Below, one piece after another: positions 13,401 through 25,400 of a DNA stretch of 64,000 nucleotides. How positions within the stretch are numbered: position 1 is the stretch's first letter; each line of letters opens with the position of its first letter. This DNA comes from Neoechinorhynchus agilis. Its lineage: Eukaryota > Animalia > Acanthocephala. The position numbers and the translations under genes are program-made. The DNA lies in contig CM121341.1 of assembly GCA_051530055.1 (NCBI GenBank), positions 14,920,784-14,984,783 on the forward strand, in the 5' to 3' direction. The notes under the pieces were generated by a model. The model did not search any database. It was not told the DNA's origin and worked only from the letters and a program-made list of their open reading frames with translations.

Positions 13401-15094
13401 TTCTACGATTTTTGGATAACTTGTTAGGCGATATGCAATCGGCTGATGTACCTCCAGCAACTGTTCCAGAAATGTTACTGGGTACAGCAGCTATCATACG
13501 TATGACGGGAGACAGGAAAAGTTCCGAACTCCGAAAACTTTCACAGCGGGTTTTATTCTCATTCGCTCAGATGAATAACGCAGAATTCATGACTATTTTG
13601 TCCAAACTTCCTCGTGAATTCAGATTGGCAGCTTCTTCGTACGTGATGGACTCTCGTACTCGACCGAATTGTATTAATTTTGATAAATCGCTCGATGACG
13701 CATTCAACCAATGCAATGCGACTTTAAGAAAATCAATAAAAAGGGCAACAACACCGATATACCCTAACGAAAACGGGAATCAAAGTGGAAGTCAACGTTT
13801 AAGACCAATCACACATCGATCACCAGTCTCGAATCTATACAAATGCGCTGCTGCATCAACTACGCTTCCTCGAAACACTCCATATGTGTCTTTAAGCAGA
13901 ATTCCGAAACGATCCAAGTCTCGTTGTGACTTCTCTCTGCCACCTCAATCATCAGCAGCATCCAGTAGCGCTGAATCAAGCGCTGGTGGAGGCGCTATCC
14001 ATTCTGCGATTGCATCCGGTACTTCAACGGTTGTCCTAGAATTGACCGGTAACGATAAAGTGAACGCTTTAGCACAGGAAATGGATTCAAAACTTTCACT
14101 CCGATCAGCTGGAACATCGAGCTCATCTTCAACTGGATTGAAATTAACGAATTGGACGAGTTCAACAAATCATCAAGCAAGTGGGCACACTAGTGCGTTC
14201 ACTACTTCTGTGGATGGACCTACGTCCAATGCAGTCGCAAACAAAAGATCAATCACGTCGGCGGACCACGTTGGTGTGATTGGCTCCGTGATTTATCAAA
14301 TATCAAGACAAGATAATCCAGTGGAATCGAGATACCATCATATGCAGTGTCTTCTATCAATGATATCAGCCGCAGATTCCGCTAATGCAGGATGGACTCA
14401 GCATTTCGACACCGTTCTGTTTCTAGTAATCAGGATTCTGTTTGAGCCTTACGTTCTCCTACAGACTATAGCTCTAAATATCCTGCAATGGATGTTGTGT
14501 AATCAGCCTGATCGGTTTGACAACTGTAATGAACTAACAGTCGTGCGGCTATTGGAATTCCAACGCGACCAACTTTCTGCTCAACCTTCATCTACAACAG
14601 CAGTCCAGTCGTCCAGTCTTCTGATCGGATCTATTCCTACACACGCCGACCTCATGCAAGCCCTTGACGATACCATTACAACTGCCGCAGTTCATTTGCC
14701 TCTTGGGGAATGTTTCCAAGTTCTTAGACCCATAATCGAAACCTCAGAGTCTACTTGCATGACGCTGTCCGCAATCCGGATGCTCGATACAATGATCACT
14801 AAACGTATGACCTCTACAGAAGCTATGTCACTCATTGATCCTCTCGTGTCTAGTCTACTCGTAGCATGGTCCAATGAACAGAGTTCAGTGAGGAAAGCAT
14901 CCGTCTTTTGCCTTGTATCGCTACACAAACTAGTCGGAAGGGATGCAATGAACCCTCATTTAGCCGATCTTCCACCCAGTAAACTTAAGCTACTCAATGT
15001 ATACATCGACAGGTCCACAACGAGTGGTTCAGTTCTTAATTCTGGTATGAACTCGAATGGTTCCATTAATGCCAACAAACTTGTTGCTAAGTAG
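7416..15094 (+). CDS. CLASP: CLASP/Orbit/MAST microtubule plus-end protein (TOG1 part, TOG2, TOG3, C-terminal CLIP-binding domain)
   Basis: PICKLLKDPNKQ|VRYYALSILIELYKQVG and R|LQTLFERFDEV match TOG1. DWEKRSDAL...DLRSQIIREACITVAYMS and SKSKDIRR|YTCEFIYRILSTW...DADVDARMHSR match TOG2. C-terminal NEQSSVRKASVFCLVSLH...LKLLNVYIDR. Exons 7416-7617, 7668-7768, 7813-7901, 10664-11273, 12205-15094 have matching phases. Further 5' exons (e.g. 7238-7354) are uncertain. Confidence 0.92.
11640..11735 (-). repeat. Short dispersed repeat, copy 1 of 3 (in CLASP intron)
   Basis: The reverse complement reads ttggacgaaatatttcaattaaagtgattcttcgatacacaatttttccccatttccaaatactcatggattttatctttaa, matching 25846-25910 and 59455-59545. 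Confidence 0.75.
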
Positions 15095-16555
15095 AACCCA
15101 AACGCGCACACCCATACACGGGTTCATCAACCGTGCGAAACGAACTTAAACCGGTCAATATACGCTATGCACCATGCGAAAACGAAACTCTCATATATAG
15201 TTGACAAATTATTCAATGTTCATCCACCACAACCACTAAGATCCCTTTGCATCCATGTTCAATAGATATGATTTTGTACGAATGGCTGATGGCAGATAGG
15301 CGTGCTTTTTCTCCAAAAAATATGGATTGATTAAAGCAAGCCAGATTTGATTATTTGGCTTAGATATCGTGTGTGTATGTGAACTTTTAGTGGGTTGCCG
15401 AACGGACAAAAACGATAAAAAGATTATTGTGTTTTTACCATGAATATCGAATTCATTTAGGGGTGTTATTTTCCCGGATTTTTAGCTGGAAAAACCCCTA
15501 CTGCAGACGTCTTGTTGGTTTAAAAAAACCTCTAGGTCCAAGAAGTTATATTTGCATCTTTACTACTCGGTTACGTGATGCTTGAGTGGTTTTTTAGACG
15601 CAAAAGTGCCTTAAAATGAATTATTGGGTTTCTTACATTGAACTAATTATAAGTCGGTGTTCGTTGACTGCTTGAGTACCAAAAGTCGCCAACGAATTCG
15701 GGTTTTTAAATAGATTTTTGATCAGTCTTTATTATTTTGTTTTTAGCTGTCAAAAGTGCTCAGAAACAACTAAGACTAAACTTTTGAACAATGTGTGCGT
15801 ATGCGTTTGGTTAGAAAACAAATGCCCCTATGATGAATTATAATAGCTAGATACATACGGCGAACCGTGGAATCTGATGAAGATTCGCATTAAAAAATCA
15901 TTGTGTTCGAATGTATTGTTACCATTCATGGCGCTCATAAATAAACAGAATATTTATATTACCTCGTTTTTCGACATCGTCCTATTCTCACAATCTCACT
16001 AGTCGAGTTTAGTACCGTGAAAGCTTTTTATTGTGATTATTTATAAACCTTTTGTATGTGATTTAACTATTTTGTGCACAATCTTGATCAATGTTGATTT
16101 ATTCGCTTATATATAATTCCACTTTGTCTCAAATTTATCATCTTAATTGTAGAATTAGTTAATATTCCGGTAATGAGCATCCTATTAGAAACGCGTATCT
16201 TCCCAAAAATGTAATTAGTCAAAAGGCGCCATCACCTTGAAATGGTAATTAGTGGAGAATAATTTTTGGTATATTGCACTTGTGGCTTACAATTTCTTTG
16301 GTTTTCGATATTATTATCTAACTTTTACTCCGATGCGTTAGAAAGATTTTGTATTTTTGGCTCTAAATTATTCTTAAATTAGTCCTAAAATATTGAGGAT
16401 TTACATAAATTGATGATGATATAGCCCAAAATCCATCAGTTCTCTGAAACCAACGAAGTTACAAACTCTTTCTTCAAAGCTAACAAAATGAAACAAAACA
16501 ATTAACGATAAGCGTGTGTGAGAGCAGAATAACCATTTAACCACTTGTTTTTTAG

Positions 16556-16592
16556 AACTGATGATGAGCCGGAGAGGTTCGAAACGCTTTAA
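16556..16592 (+). ncRNA. Minimal hammerhead-ribozyme-like motif, degenerate (possible Penelope-type remnant)
   Basis: CTGATGA-T-GAGCC-ggaga-GGTTC-GAAAC: both core boxes flank a 5-bp stem II. Stems I and III are poorly formed. Confidence 0.5.
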
Positions 16593-17321
16593 TTATTAGA
16601 CCTAAGCAATTAATCTAATCATGTTCCCAGGTACCTCGCATATCGACAATTCTTAAAGGTTTCTCATGAATATAAATAGAATAAATAATTCAGAGATGAA
16701 GTTTCGAGCACACTGACAGCTCGCATCGAGTCCTTTTTTTGCTGTGGCTATTTCGCCCATCGTATTTTCCGTTGTTTTTAAGGAGGCACGCACACGGGTG
16801 ACGGAATGAATGATGCCCATAAAAGTACATATCAACACACCTGCATCGCTGAAGGGAATCGGTTGTCGGATCCATGCGATGACCTAGGTTTTGTGAAATT
16901 TCGTTTACCTGTAAGTCAAGTGTTTGTCCAGGTGCTGGATAAAAGTGTTCAAATTTAAAACCATTCTGATTTATAAAGTTATCAGTTAAATATTTTTCAA
17001 ATTATCCTTCATAATCGTGGAGTTATTTAGACAAAGTGTTCACTCCGTTGTTTTTGAAATTGGAAATTCGCGCTTTAATTCAGAAAAGTTTCATTAAATT
17101 TCACAAGAGTTCAATCGATTAGGAATGTTGACCTCAATAAAATTCTTTATTGTGCAAATGGGCGTTGATTGCTTGATCTCTCGAGGATTAACATGGTCAA
17201 ATCTTCCCTATCTAAATCAATTGGGAAATCGATGATTATTCGTGAACCTCGATTAAGGTGGTCATTTTATGTCTGACGGGAATCATTCACTCCTAATATA
17301 CACCAAGGCCACATAGACAAA

Positions 17322-17998
17322 TTACAGCCGTGCTTTCGGTTTAAGTGAAAGACGGAATCGATAGTATCGTTGGTCCATGATGAAGATGATGACAATGTCA
17401 CTACAGTTGTCTAAAGAAAAGGATATATCTGCAAGCTGTCTCAGTTCACATCCATTCTTCACGAATTCCATGGGTCCATTAGTCATATTTAGAAGCCTTG
17501 AAGCTTAGCCAGTCCTATCGTGTGCACACCGAGGAATGTCTTTATGTTTTGAGAACTTCGAATGATTAGACAGTAAGCTATCTCTGATGTCCGGGACTCG
17601 AGATATTGTCCAGATTGTTCGCTCAGCCAATTTTGACCGACTATTTTCAGACTGAAACGATAGTGGTGAATTGGAACCTTATGATTTTGGTAACCACAGC
17701 CAGAAATCGTTCGTCGTCTACCTGTCCACAGACTGTGGGCGCCGTCTATTTTCTCATGTTTTGTTAATTCAAACGCCCACAATATTAACCATATCCAATT
17801 ACTTGTGTGTGCAGTTGAAGCTCGTTGTGTAGACAAGCACAAACGATCGCCACAGTGTCTCCTTTTCATCCTGTCTGCTTCATTTTCACTAGTTATTTTG
17901 AATGTGACAGCATCAGCAGGTAGGCGCCGAATAGTCCTACTTTTATCCCTCTCCTTTACTTGCGGTAGACCTCCCATACGTTTGACTCGAAGATACAT
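17322..17998 (-). CDS. Possible multi-exon orphan gene
   Basis: 169-aa open frame containing a plausible 57-nt gtaatt...aaatag intron, plus a second open frame (~60 aa, ...MTNGPMEFVKNGCELRQ...KARL*) ending near 17322. No recognisable domain. Confidence 0.25.
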
Positions 17999-20542
17999 TT
18001 AGTGGAAAGAAGAAACCTTTTATTCGCTATTAATTTGCACCTGTTCCTTCAGAAGATCTTGCTAAAACAACAACTTTATATCAAACGAAAGGCTATAAAA
18101 TCAGGTGAGTTGATAGAATGGACTGGTACTTAGAAAGGGTTTTGTGCCGAAAAGCGAAATATGTTGATTTACTTGTTAGTTTCAATAATTTTATAGTTGC
18201 TGTTACGGCCATCGATCTAATTTATCGATAAAAGTCGATTGTAGATGCGTATATATTGTGTCAGGTCAGAAACCGTATTGCGAAACAATGAATGAATTTG
18301 GTAGGTTCTTTAGAAATTATAGACTGCCTTTCTCTTGGAAGGTCTCAACGAGTGCGGGTAAAATCATTAATTACCCGGAAATCGTGGGCTTGTTTTTTAC
18401 ACAAAAAAGACTTAAGCGGCTATTCAACCGGACGTCGAATATTAATTCTGAAGAGCCGTTTTGTGGAACAATAGGCATTCTTCTTAGAAAATATAGGCTT
18501 CCATTTTTCAAAGAAACGAAGCTCAAGTGACTATTGAAGTCATTTTTCATTTTTTAAATTAAAAAGTCGTCTGTCGAAACGTTACTTTTGCTTAGAAAAG
18601 AGACTTTAGTGACTACCGAAGCGGGCATTGAATTTTAAATCCAATATACACCTCTCTTAAATTAAATGCGATTTGAGAGTTGTGGTAAATGTCGCCATAA
18701 GCTCCCCTTACCATCTATTTACTTAAAATTACTTTAAATAAACAGTAATTTTTAACCGGAATAATAATACATTTCTCGTTAAAATCACTTCTCAAAACGT
18801 TTAATTTAGAACTCCAAATTTTTCCTTCCTGATATCCTATACGGTGACTGGTTGGTTCAAGTCAGGTTGTTACGGGTAGGCACCAACTAAACAGAACTGA
18901 CAATAGACTTTTTAAGGATAGGAAACCAAGACATTCCTGTAGATGACATTGCATGCCCATAGGCGCCATCTTAATGGCAATCCTTCTTTACGTAAGAGTT
19001 CAAGATAAGCCACTTCGCTGTCTTCATTCCCTAGCGAACGGGAGCGTGATAAAAGCAATAAAATTTAAGGATTCAAAGACACAGAGACCAGCATTCATAC
19101 GACAAAAGCACTTTTCTCAAAACAAAGCAGTTAGGCCTCTCAATTGAGGGAAAATATGGATAATCGTCTAGTTCGCAAATATGCTACCAGATTTCCGCAC
19201 TCGATTCTCAATGCGTCTGTACTGATCAACAAACAGCGTCCGTCTTTTTGCTCCAGGTCCTCATATTATGTGTTCGTCCCTTATATATACAGTTTTTTCT
19301 ATAAGAATAACGAAGGAATTTATACGTAAATCCTGCCCAGCATATGTACTTATCACATAAATACACCAGACAGGACTAATGATAGGTTCTTTTTAATTTC
19401 CTCTCTTGAAGGGTCCCTATCGAACAGTTGGAAACTCTATTAGTCATTCTGAGTCAACCGTTTAGCATGGGTTTTGACATCAAAGTCTTTCAAAAATGAC
19501 CGAATCCGCAATATATGTGTTTAAAATGAAAATTTATTATTTTTTAAATTTTCTGAATGCTTAAGAAGCCTATAACTTCACTTTTTCTTTTTAAAACCTC
19601 TTCAGCGGACTCATTTTTGCAAACGCAAATGCGATAACAGAATTTACTGATAAGTTTCGATGGACTAGACTACGATACGGCAAGGAAAATCTTATCATTG
19701 TCCCATATGGTAGTCGGTGTTGCGACGTGATATATGCGGCGATCGAACATCAATAATTTGATATCATTTTTAGACTGTTAAGAAATATATATTGCTCCGA
19801 GGACTTAGTTGAGATACTGAGGATTTTTTAGATGTCCTAGGAAGATTTCAATTTCGCCTTTTTTAACCGATCTCGACTCCTGAGGAAATATGCAAATTAT
19901 GTTTTTATCAATTTGTTAAAAGGGCAAAGTAACCCGATGACAGAGTATACAAAGAGTGTCTATTTATGCCGAGCTGTTTAACTTTACTGCAGGGACTTTT
20001 TCAGTAGAATTAATCGCTCTGATATCGGCGGTAGTATGCGTGTTTTCGAAAGTACATGGGAGGGTCGTAAACCTGCTTATGGTTTAATGCGGAAATTTAA
20101 TTTATGGATATAAAACACGGACCCATTTCATCGAGGACTGGAACCTAGAAGTGTTAATTTAGATTAAATCTATTTGAGCCGATGCAACAGAACGCAACCA
20201 AGAAGTGTAGATTGTGCCAACATTCCTTTAACACTGCCTCTTTTGGGATTATCTCGATGAATCAATTGGAATTTGCCCCCCATGTGAAATTTTTTCATCA
20301 TAGTTGTGTTTTTGGCGCAAAGATTGGGAACTCGTGCACAAACCAAAAGATGTTTTTCGCTGATTTTTCAGATAATAAACAAGGAGGAGGAATGTTGTGA
20401 GCATCTTGGCTGAGATAAGACATTATTAGCACACGCCAGGTACACTTTGCACCTGTCAGATCTCGATTAACGACCTCCCTCCTACATATCCTTACCCTTT
20501 ATCTCACCAAAATCCCATTTAGACAAACTACTAAAGGTCACA

Positions 20543-22219
20543 ATGAGTACAAAACTCATCTTGTTACCGTTTCTAACTGTAAACTTCATCATCAACCCAG
20601 CTTTAATGTCGTCAACCAGTTCTTCAAATTGTAACATTTCTATCAGACGCCCAGCCTCAAACTGTAGTTTTAATCTTCGACAGTACGACATATTTGGCAT
20701 CGTTCAACGAAAATCGAGCAATCTAAAACGGCTCGGCATTTGGGCACGATATTCACCACAATCAAGAGACTCGTCTTCATCCGATATTGAGATATTCCAC
20801 CCAGGACGAGTTCAAGAACTTGATACAGCAATCACGAAGCTCCTAGTCCCCGTGCCTCTTCTACTTCAATGTGGAGGGCTGGACCAATCCGTACCAACGT
20901 TTGTAAGTTCATGTGAGTTTATCTTTGGACGACCAGCTACTACAAACTACGCAGTCACTTCGTCTATCCCAATCAAGAATTTTACAATACTCAATGAAGA
21001 AAGCTCTGCTTTATTCTTAGAAGAAGGTTCAACTACTTTAAAAAGATGTAAAATTACCACTTGTTCGACGGAGTATGAAATGACCGCAGGGAGTCATCTT
21101 TTGATTAACATAATGTTACCGAAACATATCGGAAGTGAGTGCGATAGCGTGGATGACTGCGGACCACCGGATTTGTATGAGTGTAAAAACCACATGTGTC
21201 AATGTGGACATAGTTCCGGAGTTACTTCATTCGTTGTCGACCATCATGGTCGAATTTGTGTATCCAATAACAGATCGGAAATTGAAGCGATACGGTGCCA
21301 TAATGATCCTGGGAAATGTAGAAATTGGTGCAATGGAACAGAACGTATCGATTGTGTTTGTCCATTTATTGGACATAAGGTCAGGCGATTGGATGGTAGA
21401 TTTATATGTGAACTAAATGAAGGATCGCCATGTGGCACACATAAAGCCCGTTTCTTAAATCGTATTCTACATTGCCCACCAAGCACAGAATGCATTCAGA
21501 ACGAATGCAAACGAAGTCTAAGCGGACGGTCTAACGAACGCATTTACGATAGTAATACCGGTTTTGTCGGATCATTTGGAGATCATATTATTCTCATAAA
21601 GACATTTATAGTTATATTATGTATTATTCTGGTTTTCGTGTTCATTGCACTTGTTTTGGCTATGTGTAAACTACGACGAAGAAAATCCGCGAGTCAAATG
21701 AGCCCGTTGTACCCTTCCATGGATCAAGACAGTGTACTTAGTAAGGGATTCAGCCCACTAGAAGAACGAATATCTACTAATAGTTCGAATACAGACTTTG
21801 GACATTTAGCAAACGTTCGGAACTTTACCTTCTCAACCGTCGACTCTAGGCTCAACCCACACGTTCAAAATCCAATGGGATGGCTCACTCCAAATCCAAT
21901 CGGTATTAATCTAGACAATCGTATAAATCAAAATGAAAGACGCCGAAGAAAAGGTAACAGTTGTACAAGAAGTTTTAAACATCAAAATCCATGTCCTCCA
22001 TGGTGCATGGCCAACGATGCCGTAATCGCTCAGCTCGAGAGAACATTTATTCACAATAGACGGAATGGTACTGCACGAAACAGTCCACATCGAAACTGCG
22101 ATGAAGGATACGTAACTGACGAAGTCCGACTGCATAACGAACAAAACTCCAAAGCAGATTCACCAAGTTGTCCTATTGTTAAAAGATTGAGCAATGGAGA
22201 TGTAACCATCTCCGCATGA
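20543..22219 (+). CDS. Intronless type I membrane protein with Cys-rich EB/EGF-like modules
   Basis: 558-aa ORF with a hydrophobic N-terminus (signal-like), a Cys-rich region (GSECDSVDDC...CKNHMCQC...CVCP...GSPC...CPPSTECIQNEC), one TM segment (IILIKTFIVILCIILVFVFIALVLAM) followed by KLRRRK, and a cytoplasmic tail. Confidence 0.8.
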   Translation: MSTKLILLPFLTVNFIINPALMSSTSSSNCNISIRRPASNCSFNLRQYDIFGIVQRKSSNLKRLGIWARYSPQSRDSSSSDIEIFHPGRVQELDTAITKLLVPVPLLLQCGGLDQSVPTFVSSCEFIFGRPATTNYAVTSSIPIKNFTILNEESSALFLEEGSTTLKRCKITTCSTEYEMTAGSHLLINIMLPKHIGSECDSVDDCGPPDLYECKNHMCQCGHSSGVTSFVVDHHGRICVSNNRSEIEAIRCHNDPGKCRNWCNGTERIDCVCPFIGHKVRRLDGRFICELNEGSPCGTHKARFLNRILHCPPSTECIQNECKRSLSGRSNERIYDSNTGFVGSFGDHIILIKTFIVILCIILVFVFIALVLAMCKLRRRKSASQMSPLYPSMDQDSVLSKGFSPLEERISTNSSNTDFGHLANVRNFTFSTVDSRLNPHVQNPMGWLTPNPIGINLDNRINQNERRRRKGNSCTRSFKHQNPCPPWCMANDAVIAQLERTFIHNRRNGTARNSPHRNCDEGYVTDEVRLHNEQNSKADSPSCPIVKRLSNGDVTISA

Positions 22220-23284
22220 AATTCGCTTAACTCATTTCTATAAATATGTGAATGTATTAAATTGGGATTTATTGCGTTGCGAATCAAATTTTTCGTTTTT
22301 TTATGAAATTATTGCTTAATCATAGAAGCCATGCATTTTATTGTCAGTGATATTTGTTTCGTAACGTAACAAAAAATTGAAAATTATAACGCTTAGGGTG
22401 CGCACTAACTTAAGAGGTTTAGAAAAACCTATCCATTAGCGATACCAGCAATATCGCTTTGTGGTTTTTAAATAATAAATAGCTCAACAGCAGAATTAGG
22501 CGCTTACTTCTAAGAATTGAACGTTACTTTTAAAAGGCATTAAAATCACAAATGCAACAAAAAGATATTCGTAATCAACTTTTACAATCACGGATTCTAG
22601 GATTAATACTCTCGGGAATCGACGGTCCCGCGCACCCGAGTCAAGGCTACCAACTTAGATACCCCCACCACATCTATTTTTAGATGCTTGAGAAGGAGGC
22701 TGAGGCCTTGAAAATTCGCAAGGTTGACTTCAATAAAACTCGAGTGTGTTACAATTCGCCATTGAGAATACACATCCACTCGAGGAACAAGTGATAAACC
22801 AATTGCATAATCTTTAAGCTAAATGTCTAAAGTACTTATTAAATATAATTCTTTTTGTGTTTGACAGCTGACACTGCCGTTTGCATAAAAACAATCAAAC
22901 TGTCAAATTAACCACAACGCAATGCAGAATGCCAAGGTCAGAATCTGATTACACATAATTTCTAAATTGTCTTATAAGGCATAAAGACGTTAACACAGCA
23001 TGACATTCGTCCAGAAATACATTAATATTGGTAATCGTTAAATTCGCGCGGAAATTTTAAGTTAAGCTTGAAAACGACAAACGTTATTACAATCGTGTTT
23101 CACAAATGCCTGCCAACAATTATCATTTAATTTTACATCTTAAACATTTATCATTACTTTATAAAAAACGATTAAATACTATAAGGTAACATAAGTAATG
23201 CATTGTTTATATCTATTAGCAGCAGATGATGATCGATTCTTTTAAAAATAGCATTCGATAATTCACGCAACGAATATATAGGTA

Positions 23285-24541
23285 GAGGGCGAAACGAGCG
23301 AGGGGGGATGAAAAAGGTTGGGGTTCCGGGTGTTTACTAGGGACGAGTATTTAGAGATGAGGGAAGAAAATTGTGGAGGGGGTTGAGGTGGGCGTCGAGG
23401 GGAGGGAGTGAAGTCCCGCATATTCTCGCTGCTCTCTTGTGGACGGTTTCGAGGGAATGGATAGCATTGGCGGAAAGGGCGAGGAAAGTGGGGTAGGCGT
23501 ATGTAAGGATAGGAAGGATGGTAGAAAGATAAAAGTGGGCAAGGTGTTCAGGGGATACGCCGTGACGCCGGAGGAGTTTGAGAAGGTAAAGACGAGGGTT
23601 TGCTTTAGAGAGGGTCAATGAAATGTGGGCATCCCATTTAAGGTTTTCTTGTAAAATCAGGCCCAGTATTCGGAGAGAAGAGGAGCGTTGGATGGGGAGA
23701 AGGGGAGGAGCGGGGATAAGATTGCGTTTGGAAATGTGGGGGACAAGCTCAAAAGATTTGGATAAATTTAGGGAGAGGTTTAGGGCGGAGAGCGAAGAAA
23801 TGAGATGGTTGAGCTCGTCCATGGTTGTGGTGCTGAACTGGAATCTAAGCTGCGCACAAGCGTATCGTAGATGCAGAGGAGGGCATCAGAACAGGAGTAA
23901 TTGGGGCGGAAAGCGAATTGGGAAGGGGAGATGTTTTTGAGGAAGAAGGGAAGTAGGCGGGTTTTAAAACATTTTTCTAAGATTTTAGAGAAAGGTGAGA
24001 GGATAGAGATGGGACGAAAGGATGTGGGGGAAATCGGTTTACACAGGCTTCCTTAAGACACGATTTGAAAGAGCCCAGGAGAAAGCTAAGGTTCGTCATG
24101 TGCGTTAGTGGATCGATAAGTTCCGGGATGATGAAACGAATGGCCCAAGTTGACATAGTCGAATTGGGGGAAGAATGGCTGGGGCATGTATGAATGGGCG
24201 GGTCAGAAAGTGAGAAGGGGGGTTGGGACAATGGAGGGGAAGTTTGGGGAGGGGAGAGATGCGAAAGGGGTGGATCTGCCAATACCAGTACATTTTTTAT
24301 TTCACGCCACCAGTTTCGATTGGGAACGGACGAGAGACGAGATGAGAGGAATACTTTGCGGGCTATACGGATGCGTTTGGTCAGTGTGGGGTGGAGGGAG
24401 GGGTAAGCGGGCTTGCCTGACCGGAAAGCTTTGGTGACCTGGATTTGAAGGGTTTTTAGAAAAGGCGAGAACCATGGAGGGTCGCGGTTCGAGATTCGTA
24501 TTATTTTGCGAAAAAAGGAGGCCTTCATCACAGATTAGATC
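23285..24541 (-). mobile_element. 5'-truncated, internally deleted CR1/L2-like LINE; same family as 51971-55500
   Basis: Near-identical in reverse complement to 53715-55440 (DPPWF, LRILGLILQENLKW, 3' end atactcgtccctagtaaacacccggaacc). Lacks the RT core equivalent to ~54530-54870. Confidence 0.9.
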
Positions 24542-24649
24542 AAAACTGTGATTTGACGGAACTTGCCCTTCGCTTTTTATTTCTCCGATTCTATCACTGA
24601 ATTTCTGTTCCAATGGCTCTCCTGTCGACCATATATTAATCAAGTTTGT

Positions 24650-25150
24650 CGTCCATGTCTTTGGATGTAATAAATTGCTTTGGAAAACGAACGAATCTAT
24701 TACTATTGGAATATGTCACGTTCACTACGCTACTTCCTTCTAACCGCGAATTTGTAAACCTGTTCGATAAAAGGATAACCATTTGCTCTTTAGTTTCTTA
24801 ACTCAACCTTCGGAGCTACTAAATGAGTCGCATCGCGACGAAAGCGTCTCCGATTGCGACGGATTTTTCGGTCAGTTCGTTCATTGAGACTCGGTTACGG
24901 TAAATGATCTCTACTGCGAGATGATGATCATGATATTCAACGCATTCGCCGAGGGCACGGTCTGCAAATTTTACGCGGAAATAAACTTCTATTACGTCCT
25001 GATAAACTTCGAAGCCGTCTAGATATTCGTTAATTCGGACGATCGGAATGAGACTTTTACAATTTGATTGCTCTTTCTTACTCCTGTGTAAATCATAAGC
25101 GTTTCTGCTGGTAGATATTTGAAAGTTCGTGAAACGCGCTTTTGGCTTCT
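24650..25150 (-). CDS. Possible unannotated exon(s), product unknown
   Basis: A >=90-codon stop-free frame lacking an early start codon (SKKEQSNCKSLIPIVRINEYLDGFEVYQDVIEVYFRVKF...), followed by a 50-nt gttgag...gaacag intron-like segment and a further open frame. Confidence 0.3.
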
Positions 25151-25400
25151 AAAAGCTTTTCGGTCGGATCAATGGTTGATAGAATGTTAAATAATTTATT
25201 GAGTGCGTAAACATCATTGTGCTGAAAGTTTATCAATTAGGCTACGTTATTTGCAACAAGAAATAACACAAGCTGCAAACATTTGTGAACTTAATATTAA
25301 CTGTGTTTAACGGTCGAACCGACGTTGTTCAAAAATGTTCTAGAATAACCGAGTGAATAGATAAAAGAAAGTATTGAAGCGACTTACACCAATCGGAAAA

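Noticed and set aside
12274-14928. Antisense and alternative-frame ORFs overlapping CLASP (and likewise Smaug, Six, the TM gene and actin)
   Set aside because: Shadow ORFs of real coding sequence.
18258-18530. 90-aa ORF with a weak internal repeat (RNYRLPF / RKYRLPF)
   Set aside because: The repeat is short and the composition is AT-rich non-coding; no other support.
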